DNA of 62,291 bases, filler included, from Basidiobolus ranarum (lineage: Eukaryota), in NCBI GenBank assembly GCA_040143965.1. It is 6 parts of 6 records of this genome, joined end to end, with 100 filler letters (N's around TTAATTAATTAA, not from the genome) between each part and the next. Parts side by side here need not be neighbours in the genome. Positions count along the whole stretch, not along the records: positions 1 to 10,308 come from JASJQH010000718.1; 5 more parts are not named here. One strand, given 5' to 3'. Below are positions 1 to 10,408 of the stretch, one piece after another. Under the pieces are notes generated by a model. The model saw nothing but the letters and a program-made list of their open reading frames with translations, was not told the origin of the DNA and ran no database searches. The position numbers and the translations under genes are program-made. The stretch's first letter is position 1, and each line of letters opens with the position of its first letter.

Positions 1-120
1 TCACATCATCAAAATCACTGGCAGAATGCAAGCCAACAATATTGGGACGGTTCTCTGATGGTTTTGCTATTTTGAAGAATGGATCCAATCCGGATCAAAT
101 CGATTTTATTTTTGTTAGGG
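1..120 (+). repeat. Dispersed direct repeat, copy 1 (copy 2 at 9160-9279)
   Basis: Ungapped manual alignment gives 102/120 identical nucleotides. Confidence 0.95.
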
Positions 121-245
121 TATATTTTGGACTACAAATGGGTTATTCATAAATCAATTCTTGATGAAATATCTTTTATCAGATGCTTTCGGAATTCCTT
201 ACTCCTATGTAACAATCTTATCCCAAAAAAGTATATGAAAATTCT

Positions 246-602
246 ATGAACATAATAGCAAATAGGTGTATATCTATGATGTCAACATTAGATAACATCA
301 CAATAATTTACCAAAAATCATACTCTAATGCTTCGAAAACTGTTCTTTGTCTAAAAAATATTCCAAATGATATAAACCTTATAAATAGTTTTTTTCAACT
401 TTTCAAGGAATCTACTCATACAATATTTAGTAAAACACATACAAAAATATCAAATATAACTATTGTTGATAGTTTGTTAGATTATGTAAAAAATTTTTGC
501 AATTGTGGACTGATTACAGGAAATGTGTCAGAATTTAGATCTAAAGAAATACTCATTACAAAATATGGATATATGTCTAATTATATACATAATATTTTTT
601 AA
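246..602 (+). pseudogene. 3' part of an unknown, probably viral gene
   Basis: 118-aa ORF; the same frame runs back to the contig start through several stops. The stop codon lies in a T6A6 palindrome. No motif recognised. Confidence 0.4.
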
Positions 603-606
603 AAAA
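595..606. terminator. TTTTTTAAAAAA palindrome between convergent gene ends; putative viral terminator
   Basis: Perfect 12-bp palindrome overlapping the stop at 600-602 (+) and adjacent to the stop at 612-614 (-). Confidence 0.5.
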
Positions 607-611
607 CTTAT

Positions 612-1255
612 TTATATAAGATGCTTAATTATTGTAAATTTCATCTTTCTATCTCCTTTTAGGATATAGTATTGGTTGTTTGTTTCAGGTATTCCTAGGG
701 CAGTAGGGTCAAAAAGTTCTACTAAAAATTTATCAAGGAAAATTCCCATATCTTCTTTCAAGGAATATTCCTAAAAGTATGCATTTAAAATATTTCTAAC
801 ATCAGAAACACATGTATTTGATATTTGATCATATTTCAGATGATGGGTTTTCACATGTCTAACTTTATCAAATAATCTTATGATGTTTGATTTAATTGGA
901 GTTGACTTAGTAAAGTATGTTGACAAGGTATCTTTATCAGATGAACTTTTTCTACAACCTTTGGGTACAATTATTTTTGATTGTATATCTTTAAGAGGAT
1001 GTAAAAGATTTTTGTTTTTACATATTTTTGTAAAATCTTCCTGGCTCAATGAAAGTCTAGACATGGCATATTTGGTAATATTTTCATCTTGAAAAATATA
1101 TTCAAGAGCACTAATACTTCTCTGAAATCTAAAAATTCTTTCTTTGAAAATTTCAAACAAATTGCTACCCATTGAGGATTTGTGACCGTAAAAATATCTT
1201 GATTGTCTAATGATAGACCATCGAGACCATTTGTAAAATCACTAGAAAAATTCAT
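612..1255 (-). pseudogene. Unknown, probably viral protein (~210 aa), disrupted
   Basis: ATG at 1255 (MNFSSDF...) with a probable frameshift near 1175 into the 771-1172 ORF. After the TAG at 771-773 the frame stays open for 52 more codons (EYSLKEDMGIF...KFTIIKHLI*) to 612. Confidence 0.5.
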
Positions 1256-1301
1256 AGTATAATGTTATTATCATATTTTGTCTACATTGTAAAATTCTCT
1301 T

Positions 1302-2299
1302 TTAAGAGTCTTTGGTGTTCAGCAACTCAAAATTGTTATTTCCTGTTCCAAGAGGAATTTTTTTCCAACTATAATCAACAAATATACTGACGTAAGGTTA
1401 TCATGGTCATATTTAAATATATTTTGGATATTATCTCAAGCCCTTTCAAACAACATTGCTGCAAGTATATTTTGTTCTAAAAATATTGGATTATTTTTTA
1501 CAAATGGTGAGATTTTTCCATACCATGTCATAAAGTCTGATATCATATCAATATATTTTTTCTTGCCTTGATAAATATTAGAAATTTCCTGATGAATCAC
1601 ATTTCTAGCAGCCTTAATTCCAAAATTTTTGTATACATCATAAACATGATTTGAATATATTTCCAATACTATTTGGGTATCTAGTTTGCATATATCCCTA
1701 ATGTTTGATCCTTGTAAGATTGCCTTGTCTTCTAAATACTTTATATGAGTTATTGTAAATATATTATTTACCAGAATTTCTAGACATTTAATACACATTA
1801 CTAGATCTAATGTATCTTCCAAATATACATGAATAACCCCAACAAAAAACGGAGAATATGCCACCTGAAAATTTGGAAATATATGTTCAGATAACTCTTT
1901 AAGACAACTGAACCTTATTTGATGCAATTGGATGGTATCTAATACAATCCAGAGAACCATATTTTTGCTTAGATGAACTTTGTCAGAAAATAATCCCATC
2001 AATTGACCCACAATGTACCAATCATTAGGAACAGCATCTAATCCAGTTAATGTACTGGATATGGATTTTACAAAATCCTTTGGGCATATATGACTGATTT
2101 TGTGTTTTTTTATATACTTTTTTGGTAAATATGTCAGAGAATATTTTTGAGCTAATTTAGGATCAAGAATATTTTCTATGGACATGGTCACGGGACCATT
2201 AGACATTCTGACATGATGAAACAAGCTTAAGTTGCTTTGAGTTGCAACTCGTAAAATTTCCTGAGAAGATCTAATACCAATAGGAAAACCTGGTTCCAT
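1302..2299 (-). pseudogene. rpb1: RNA polymerase largest subunit (Rpb1/beta') C-terminal part, viral type
   Basis: EPGFPIGIRSSQEI..ATQSNLSLFHH matches PGEMVG..AAQSIGEPATQMTLNTFH. NHVYDVYKNFGIKAAR matches N..DI..VLGIEAGR, and AAMLFERA matches MRCSFEET. Past a TGA (1436-1438) and a frameshift in the A7 run (1358-1364) it reads GKKIPLGTG, the conserved G..AP.GTG C-terminal motif. Confidence 0.9.
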
Positions 2300-2369
2300 G
2301 ATTAAGTCTGGATTGAAAACTCATAGACGGCATACTAGTAAAAATAAACTTCAGATTTATAAAGAGAAA

Positions 2370-2861
2370 ATGGACAAAGATATGAAAAATAAGTTTGATG
2401 ATAGTCTACCTAAAGATGACATTGTTGATATTGCCCAGAAAGCTCTGAATGATATGATTTATACTGTTATATTTGATCTTAGTAGCAAGATGATCGCTAA
2501 CAGAATCGATCAAGATCAAGTCTTATCATGTGCAACTAGTTTTACATTAAAGTATATGTCAAGTGGTGTAAAAATTAGAAAAAAGCCTGCACCTTGGTCT
2601 AGAAAGACCAAAGGAAAAGTGGTAAAGTCTACTAAATTGTCTAAGGTAAAACAAGAATTAGAATGGGTAAAACATCCTTCTAATCCAAATTATCTTTTCT
2701 TGAAATTGTTTACATGTGAAGGAGCATATCCTTAGTTAGATATGTCTTCTAAACAAATTATTGCAATGATTGATGATACAAGTGTCAGAGAAATAAATTC
2801 TCAAGACAATGCAACACTCTTTTTAAATGGTATTTCTTTGGATCAGTCAAAAAATCTATAG
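2370..2861 (+). pseudogene. Basic viral protein; C-terminus recalls a domain conserved in irido/marseille/pithoviruses
   Basis: Lys-rich middle, then WVKHPSNPNY...GAYP*LDMSSKQIIAMIDDTSVREINSQD. The frame continues through the TAG at 2733-2735 to the TAG at 2859-2861. Start at ATG 2370 is assumed. Family resemblance is from memory only. Confidence 0.45.
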
Positions 2862-2875
2862 ATTTTTTAAAAAAT
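2862..2875. terminator. ATTTTTTAAAAAAT palindrome; putative viral terminator
   Basis: Perfect 14-bp palindrome starting at the base after the stop codon at 2859-2861. Confidence 0.5.
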
Positions 2876-2932
2876 TAGTTTTGAAAAAATAATTGGGTAA
2901 CATCCGTACATATATAATTTGTTTTACATCTC

Positions 2933-5083
2933 ATGGATACTTGTACAAATAATATTTAACGATTGATAGATGAGAATCCTACTCATCCAATTTTACAAAA
3001 TTTGGGTCCAATTCTTAGTGAGAATACATTAAGTAATATACTTGCAATAAGTATTCATCATATATATATTAAAGCACCGATTAAGCTTGAATATATCATG
3101 CTTGAAAATGTGTTTGATGTGGTATCTCCTGGCAAAAATCGCAATGGTATAACTGCAATTAGTTTGGAATTTGATGAATCAGATGATCATATACAAAAAG
3201 TTTGTAAGGGAGAAGTACCTATAAAACCAAGAAAATCTAAGACAGGAACTATTCTTAGATTCATATATAAAAATAATATAGCTAATATAACAAAAGATCA
3301 TGACAAAACTATATCAGCTATATGTCATAAAGGAAATGGTGATGAATTGATAAAAGACTTTTGTGAGATTATACAACATATTCCTTTATTAGATGCCGGT
3401 AGTCCAGATATAGTCAACGTGCATTATTTGATCACAACATCATGCCCAAGATTATTAGAAAAAAATATTATGTCTGATGTTGTTCTTACTGACAGAGATT
3501 TGCAACAATTTGTATCAACATTTGAGAATAAAAACTTACCAAGTGTCTCTCAGAGTGTTTCACTCTACATTCTTTCTCTAGATAAAGATAATTTGTATGT
3601 ATCATGCACAGCAAAAAATATTAATAAGCATATAGTTTTTCAATGTAAAATGGTACAAAATCTATCAGACATAGAATATACTGTGGTGTTAATTGTAAAA
3701 ATTATAACTGTTTACAATAAAAATTTTCCACATCTGTTAAAGATATCTTGTCCATTTTTGGATGAATCAACTGTATGTAATTCTCCCAAATTATCAGATA
3801 TGGATTTGGCAAAAATCAGTGGCGTAACCAATCTACAAAAAGAAGTTCCCAAATTGTTTATAGAAAATTACTCTAGAGAGTGTCCTATTTTACCAATTAT
3901 GGTCTCTTTATCAACCGCAAAAAGTTTGATTGCTCAAGGAATTTTGGTTATCCAATATCCATATCCTCCCAATAAGTATTCACAATACTATGTTGCCCCC
4001 AGGAAAAATTATGTGGGGCTCAAAAAAAATTGTCTGGGGAACCAAAATATATTTTCTCATCTTATAACTTGTTATACAACTAACCATATGTTACGGCCAA
4101 TGAGCAAAACTTATAAGTATTATCATGGAGAAACAACAATTAAATACAATAATCAAAACAGAATGGTAAAATCTTTGCGCCTATCAGATAGAAATAAAAA
4201 TGGTCCCATACCAACTATTGTATTAGGAAATTTAGGAATTACAAAAGAGTACATAAGAATGGGACTTTCTCAGAGTCCATCATCTTTTTTATCTGCAATA
4301 CTGTTTGCCATGGGGTATGACCTGGATGATCAAACTGTTAGTACAGTGAGAGAGCACCTAGATGACACATTTCTAAATGTTATATGCCAAGAACTAGATG
4401 GAGTTAATTTGGATTTGGCCAAGCAAACTTTTACAAATTCCACAGAATATCTTGATGGATTTATATATTACTGGTTTTTTGAAGAAACATATAAAGTAAA
4501 CATCCTGATTATAGAATTGGGTGGCCCTAATGGGTTTAATCTTGGAATTCCTAAAAATGGGAAATATTTGTGGCAAAATAGTTTTGATCAAGGTATTATC
4601 TTATTTAGAAATGCAGGTAGGTTATATCACGAAAAATATACAATTTATGAACTAATAACCGATGACAAAAATAATTTTAGATTTAACCTGGAAGATGAAC
4701 TCAATAGATCATTACTAAATTTTAAAGAGACATTGATTATGAAATATAGAATACTTGATGATAATCTAACTTGCATAAAAAATATAGTAGAAAGTATAAA
4801 GCTACAATACATAAATTATGATGGAATATGGACAGCAGTTGTGACATTGACCAGAAAAATATTTAAAACCTTCTGTAGCCCACTTTGGAAAGTATCTACT
4901 GTGGAAAAACTACCATGGGTGTATTTACAAAATCATGTTGAATATATTAACTGTATTTGATCTGAAAATAATTTACCCCAAATAAAATGGAGAACATCAA
5001 CCAATTCAGAAATATATTTACCAAACAGAGCTTCTGTTGAAAAATATCAAACATGGTTGTATGAAATTTATAAAAAATTTTGA
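2933..5083 (+). pseudogene. NCLDV early transcription factor large subunit (VETF-L)
   Basis: Motifs LFIENYSRECP.LPI, YVGLKKNCLGN..IFSHLITCY, EYIRMGLSQSPSSFLSAIL and YLDG..YYWFFEETYKVNILII are collinear with those I recall from irido/marseille/pithovirus VETF-L. In-frame ATG at 2933, premature TAA at 2957 and TGA at 4958, frame open to 5083. Confidence 0.75.
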
Positions 5084-5143
5084 AAAGTTGAGATTTGTTT
5101 TAATACTAATACAACACATTTTACTATTTGTAAATTATTTATA

Positions 5144-5764
5144 ATGGGTCAAGAATTGCCAATTATTCAAGAACTTTCCTGGGTGACTTTGGATGCATTT
5201 GATCCCAAAAAAATTATCATAGGAGATGCAGTTAAAACTGGAGGGGAATATTTCTAATCAAACATACTTTATATGTATGATAATAGCCATGAACCAAAAA
5301 ATTTATGTATTACAACTCCTCATAATTCAGAAAGTTACATAATTTGCAATAAAGTTGAGCGAGAAACATTTGGAAATGTTGAAACAAATCATACTAATGC
5401 GTCATTTGTGTTTAATGGAAAAAATAATAATCATGTCCAATTTTACGCATTCTTTGGAAAAATTCCAAAAAAGATTAAGCAACTTTCTGGAATATCAAAT
5501 ATTAGTTTACCTTTTGCCAACTATGATGAAAAATCTATTCTATATGCCAGATTAATAGAATCTAATAGTAGAATAATATATACTGCTGCATATGACAACA
5601 CCAACCAGGTGGATGTTCAAGAATTAAGACAGGTTCTAACTAGACCAGCCTTTATTTTTACCCTTACATATAAGGATAAAGCTCAAGCAAAAGTAAGAGT
5701 TCAGTTAGCTCAGATGTATGTTAATAAATATTTTAATGTCTTTCCATTAGCTAATCAAAATTAG
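5144..5764 (+). pseudogene. Viral ssDNA-binding-like protein (DUF2738 type, OB-fold)
   Basis: FDPKKIIIG..., LCITTP, ILYARLIES..IYTAAYD and KVRVQLAQMYV. ATG 5144 is in frame with the listed ORF through one premature TAA at 5255. Confidence 0.6.
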
Positions 5765-5779
5765 GCTGTATAAAAATGG

Positions 5780-5796
5780 AGATTTTTAAAAAATCT
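5780..5796. terminator. AGATTTTT-A-AAAAATCT palindrome; putative viral terminator
   Basis: 8-bp inverted arms between the SSB-like gene and rpb2. Confidence 0.45.
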
Positions 5797-5818
5797 TTTC
5801 TGTCGACTTTTGTTGAAT

Positions 5819-6208
5819 ATGTTTTGTAAAAATCTTCTCAAAAAATTCCTAGATGAATATGGATACACATATAATTCTGGACCTGATTATCAAAAAGTTG
5901 TTGGGTCATTCAAAAAAGAGTTAGAAAGCATGATAGGGAAACTAATCAAACTCAAAATAAAAACTATGCCTTCTGAATGCATAGCCAAAAAGAAGACATA
6001 TGAGTATACATTTTTAACAGATTCTTCTCATATATTATGTCATAACCCCACAATAACCAATAAAGGGTATTTTATTATCAATGGCATAGAAAAAACTTGC
6101 TTAAACCAAGAACATAAAAATAGTTATATTATATATTTATCTAAGGATGACCGGGGTATATTATGTGAAACCAGGTTTCCATTCAGTATCCTTCCTTTAA
6201 GGCTTTGA
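5819..6208 (+). pseudogene. rpb2: RNA polymerase second-largest subunit (Rpb2/beta) N-terminus, truncated
   Basis: PSECIAKKKTYE matches P.ECR.R.LTY and KGYFIINGIEKTCLNQE matches GGYFIINGSEKVLIAQE. Homology ends at ~6208, where composition changes. Confidence 0.85.
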
Positions 6209-6239
6209 CTTAAATCTTTGTTCCATATCGATTTGGATT

Positions 6240-7760
6240 TGTCAGCTGCATGCAATGAAATCTCAAAGGCAAGACAGAATGATCCATCAATATGGATATA
6301 TGGGAGTTATTGATAAACTTGACAGAAGCTGGGGAAGAGGGCATTAGAGAAAAGTGGAAGCAACTTTTGACTCTGCTTTGAGGAGAATACTATATCTTCA
6401 TGCCTTCAGAAGTCTGCAAGAAAATATACAATAAGACTCATGAGGATAGAAAGTGTGAATTGAGAAATAGGAATTTTGATTTTGAGTCTGCAAAGACACA
6501 ATTCCAATTGCATTTTTGCTTGTATGGACCAGAAGCAACCGTTGTGGCCTCAACTTTAGAGACAAAAGATGTTCTAAATAGATATCTACCACTGCTCAAT
6601 GAGACTTTGCAGCAACTGTTGATGGAGGTTGCAGAGTTCAAAACAACATTTCAAGACACTATGGCAAGAGTAATCAACAGAGATGTAAAGAGAAAAGCAA
6701 GAAAATTTATTGAATCAGAAGATATTCCCAAAGGCAAATTGGAGCAGTCTAGACTGTTGCCGAGACATATTAGATCACTCCAAATTGAAGAGACTCCTGA
6801 TAAGGTATCAATTTCACAAGAAGAATCTACACAACTCACTACTAGAATTGAGGTAACACCTCCAATACGGGCAAGAGCCCAAGAAGTTGGTTCATCAGCT
6901 AGTAGTACACATCAACAGCAATGCCAGCTTGGAAGAGTCCGTGATGTTTCTCCCGTTTTTGATGAAGAGCAAGCAGTCAATCAAGAACCAGAAAGAGGAT
7001 GGCCTGCATTTTCATGCATTGTAGCATGCAATTTACCTGATTCAACCAAACCAACCAGTGAGCTTTTTACATCTGGAGAAGAGTCAGCTCCAAGGAGCAT
7101 GCCACCAGAAAGAAATACCAGTTTAATGCGTACAACCACACAACAGCAACAAAGGCCAACTGCAAGAATTATTGAACCTTCCACTTTGTTGGATGAAGAT
7201 CTGACACCTGAGAGTAATCTACTAAGAGAGCAATCCACTACAACGCGTACCCCCACAAGACCAAGACAATGGGTGTTTGAGAGAGATAGTGAAGCTCTTA
7301 CTTTGTAGAAGAGACAAGAACTGCCTCACACAAACCACAAGCTAGACAACTTGCTCCAAAATGTGTTGCAATGTGACCGTCGTCATGGTCAGATGAAAGA
7401 GATGAAGATTGCACTGTGGTTGAAGAAGCAATAACAGTCAAGCATGAACCTCAAGTGAGACATTCCAGGTTGGCACGTAGAGCTGCATGCCAGCAGCAAT
7501 GGCTGGCTGACCTATTAAGTGAAGGCTCCACATCTGAAGAAGAGACTGTAGATAGAAACAAACCGCAAACTAGACTGGACAAACCAATGCCTACCACAGT
7601 GCCTCAGCCTCAAGCCACAACTCATGCTGGCTGAGGTAGAGGAACTTCAGCAGGATCAAACTGACCAACTCAGCCCAGAGGTTCAAGCAACCTTCCTTCT
7701 GTGGAAATATCAAGGAGACAACAAAAGTAACAGAAGCAAATCAGCCTGTACTGCTTCAGA
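6240..7760 (+). mobile_element. Degenerate TE-like ORF (302-aa core at 6400-7308), possibly the 3' end of a non-LTR retroelement
   Basis: Higher GC than the viral genes and CpG-poor. The frame extends upstream through TGA stops, and S/T/Q/E/P-rich ORF pieces follow downstream. It interrupts rpb2. No catalytic motif is visible. Confidence 0.3.
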
Positions 7761-9159
7761 CCTAGGCAACTGCTGAATACTCTTGTTAATATTTACATTA
7801 TCCTATCTTTACTGTTTAGTGCATCATGCAAAATTGATATGGATTGCAGTTAAATGTAGCATCAATTGCTTTAGTTGGATCACAATTGCTTATGTCTTTA
7901 TGAAACACTGACAGTGTGAAACCATCATATATCAAAAAAATCATTGAAAGCCTATTAATAAAAGCAATTTCACTACAATTCAATGAAAAATGTCTGTCAA
8001 TAAAAAGCCTGTGCAGCTGTATTGACTTGATATGGCTCAATCCATTAACATTCTCACCCAATTAGAAGCTTACATGATTGAATGAATAATTTGCTGATCT
8101 AAAAATGATGAATCAAGCAATCCTGATCACTACTCTCATACTGCAGATCAATTCATCATCAAGTACTGTGATTTGTCACTAGCATGCCAAAACTACTGGT
8201 GTTCTGTAATGCAGGAGCTGTTGGGCCCAATTGAAAATCAGGATACTATATTAGCAAGGGACGAATGATTGGCCTAAAAACATGTGAATGTCTTGGTTAT
8301 ACATTTGAATGGGTAAGTTACAGCATAAATTGTTTATTGTCACACATTCAGTAATTTGTAAGTTATAAACTAGGGAATGAACTTCACTTTGTCAGTTACC
8401 CAAAATCTTAATTTGGCAATACTAAATGGGGTAGCTTGGTATGGTCTGGCACAATATCTCCAATAAAATCATTGTGTCTGATTGTGGTGGGATAGTGCCA
8501 TATTGTTCTTTATAGTGCATGATTGAGTGTAATAGGACCCAGCCATGGTAATTTACAGATTACACCAGATGGTGTGCTAGCAGGCTGGATCAAGCAGCAC
8601 AATCTGACCTGGTCCAATGGAACAAGTCTAGTATTATTGTTTTAGCCATGGGGAAATCTATTCAAGCAATGACACATCTACTTGTGTCAGAACATTTGTT
8701 GACTGCAAGTCAGGGGTATATTGGCTGAATTCTTTACCAAAATTTGCCACAATAAAGTAGCTTATTCTCATTATGAATGGTTTCAAGAGTCTGCTATTTT
8801 CCAAGTGTCAGTGCTGTTTAATATTTCATATATTTAGCAATTTTCCAACATTAGTTTGCTGGTAAAGCCTATTGATGTTGTTGAGTTATGTCTGATCAGT
8901 CCATATGTGCATATGTAGAGACTAAACATAGCAAGATTCTTGTATTTTTTGATTCCCATGATGGCTGGAATACAAGCCAAAAATATCTAAACAAAGGCAT
9001 GCATATTAAGTCAAAATCATACAGCAGTAAACCCAGTGCTTTGCCATTTGAAAAATATATTTTTGAAAATATTGCCAGAAATTAATAACACTTGCCAAAT
9101 ATGATAATTAATATTTTAACATATATGAATACTATCAAAATACTGTCAAGAAACTGCTG

Positions 9160-9279
9160 TCACACCATCAAATTCCCTGGCAGAATGCAAGCCACCAATA
9201 TTTTGATGGTTCTCTAATGGTTTTGTGATTTAGAAGGGTGGATCCAATCTGGACCTAATCAATTTTATCTTTGTTAGGG
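9160..9279 (+). repeat. Dispersed direct repeat, copy 2 (second viral-like fragment)
   Basis: 85% identical to 1-120; all three CpGs of copy 1 are TpG/CpA here. Preceded by the AT-rich ORF 8888-9085. Confidence 0.9.
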
Positions 9280-10308
9280 ATTCTTTGAGCACAATAACCG
9301 CAACAAAACCCAATAAATGAACACAGAGTATCCTAACAGAAACTTGAGGATTGTTATTGTCAGAAAACCATCACATTTAATCTATTTGTGATTGACCAAT
9401 TACTTACCATAATAAAATTGTGAAGTTAGATTTGATTTTAATTGATTTTTTCAGTTGCAAGAGTGAAGTTTCAAGTTCTTGCAAAATGGTTGTGCATGAT
9501 TGGCTACAATTTAGAGAACTCCCTAACAAGAAAAAATTTAAATTTGCATTTCATACTTTTTTTGGATTGTTTTATAAAGGTATTATGCTGGTATTGCAAC
9601 AATTTTCTGATAGTTTCTCTAACAGTCTGCTTTTCCTTCTATTTTCACATGATTTTTCTACCACTATATTTGTGTTTTCTCTGGTTTTCCTCTGGTATTC
9701 ATTCCCTTATTTTCCATAGGGACTATGGATCAACACATGTGTGAGGAAAATAACCCAAATATTACACATTTACTACTTGAATGCTAATTTGTCACCTTTG
9801 AAATTGCCAGTTTCTTTGATATATTCTCCTGAATATTCTTTTAGAGTTTTTCATACCAAAGGTTTAGCTCATGTCCTACACAAGTTTGTACCCATATCTC
9901 CATCAGAGCCCACTATTGTATTAATGTTGCTGAATCAACATTCTTCCTGCTATTAGGCAGAGATCCTGCAATATTGTGCCACTCTGTATTAAGTTCTTCC
10001 CAGATATCTGCATGATCAACACCAGACTGAATGTCAAGTTGAAAATTCTTCATTAAAGCCACTTTCTGCATACTTACACTGTCTTTTTCCCTTCATACTT
10101 TGTAAATACTCCCCAAGCACTTTAACTGCTTTTATACATCCTTGTAGTGTAACACTAACAAGGGTGCTTTGCAGTGCTTATATGGCTTTGTGCTTGCCTT
10201 TAAGTTTGGGGCCAATTTCAACACTTTGAAAATTGAGAGTTGAGGTTGGAGAGTCATGAGTTTTATTTGCTGGTGTTTTGGCTTGTTGAGAGGTGCCAGG
10301 TGTTGGAT

Positions 10309-10408
10309 NNNNNNNNNNNNNNNNNNNNNNNNNNNNNNNNNNNNNNNNNNNNTTAATTAATTAANNNNNNNNNNNNNNNNNNNNNNNNNNNNNNNNNNNN
10401 NNNNNNNN
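10309..10408. other. Artificial contig spacer
   Basis: 100 nt of N containing TTAATTAATTAA (stops in all six frames). Confidence 0.99.

Larger units (their letters stand above)
1..6208. mobile_element. Endogenous giant-virus (Nucleocytoviricota) element, decayed; a related fragment recurs at ~8888-9279
   Basis: AT-rich, intronless, densely packed genes with Rpb1, Rpb2, VETF-large-subunit and DUF2738-like motifs. In-frame stops and frameshifts are present. Architecture differs from the intron-rich host contigs. Confidence 0.85.

Noticed and set aside
771-5257. Stop-codon recoding (alternative genetic code) in the viral genes
   Set aside because: All three stop types occur, each only sporadically, and frameshifts are also present. 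Mutational decay is simpler.
1302-6208. Host Pol I/II/III genes or a yeast-type linear plasmid
   Set aside because: Too divergent, compact and intronless for host genes. Linkage to VETF-large and DUF2738-like genes favours an NCLDV, and no terminal-protein PolB is visible. Not formally excluded without phylogeny.
7800-8870. Possible decayed capsid or transposase gene
   Set aside because: Reading the minus-strand frames by eye gave no convincing motif; a frameshift-aware profile search would be needed.
9340-10308. Overlapping hydrophobic ORFs of 70-100 aa
   Set aside because: T-rich compositional artefacts in CpG-depleted degenerate DNA; no recognisable product.
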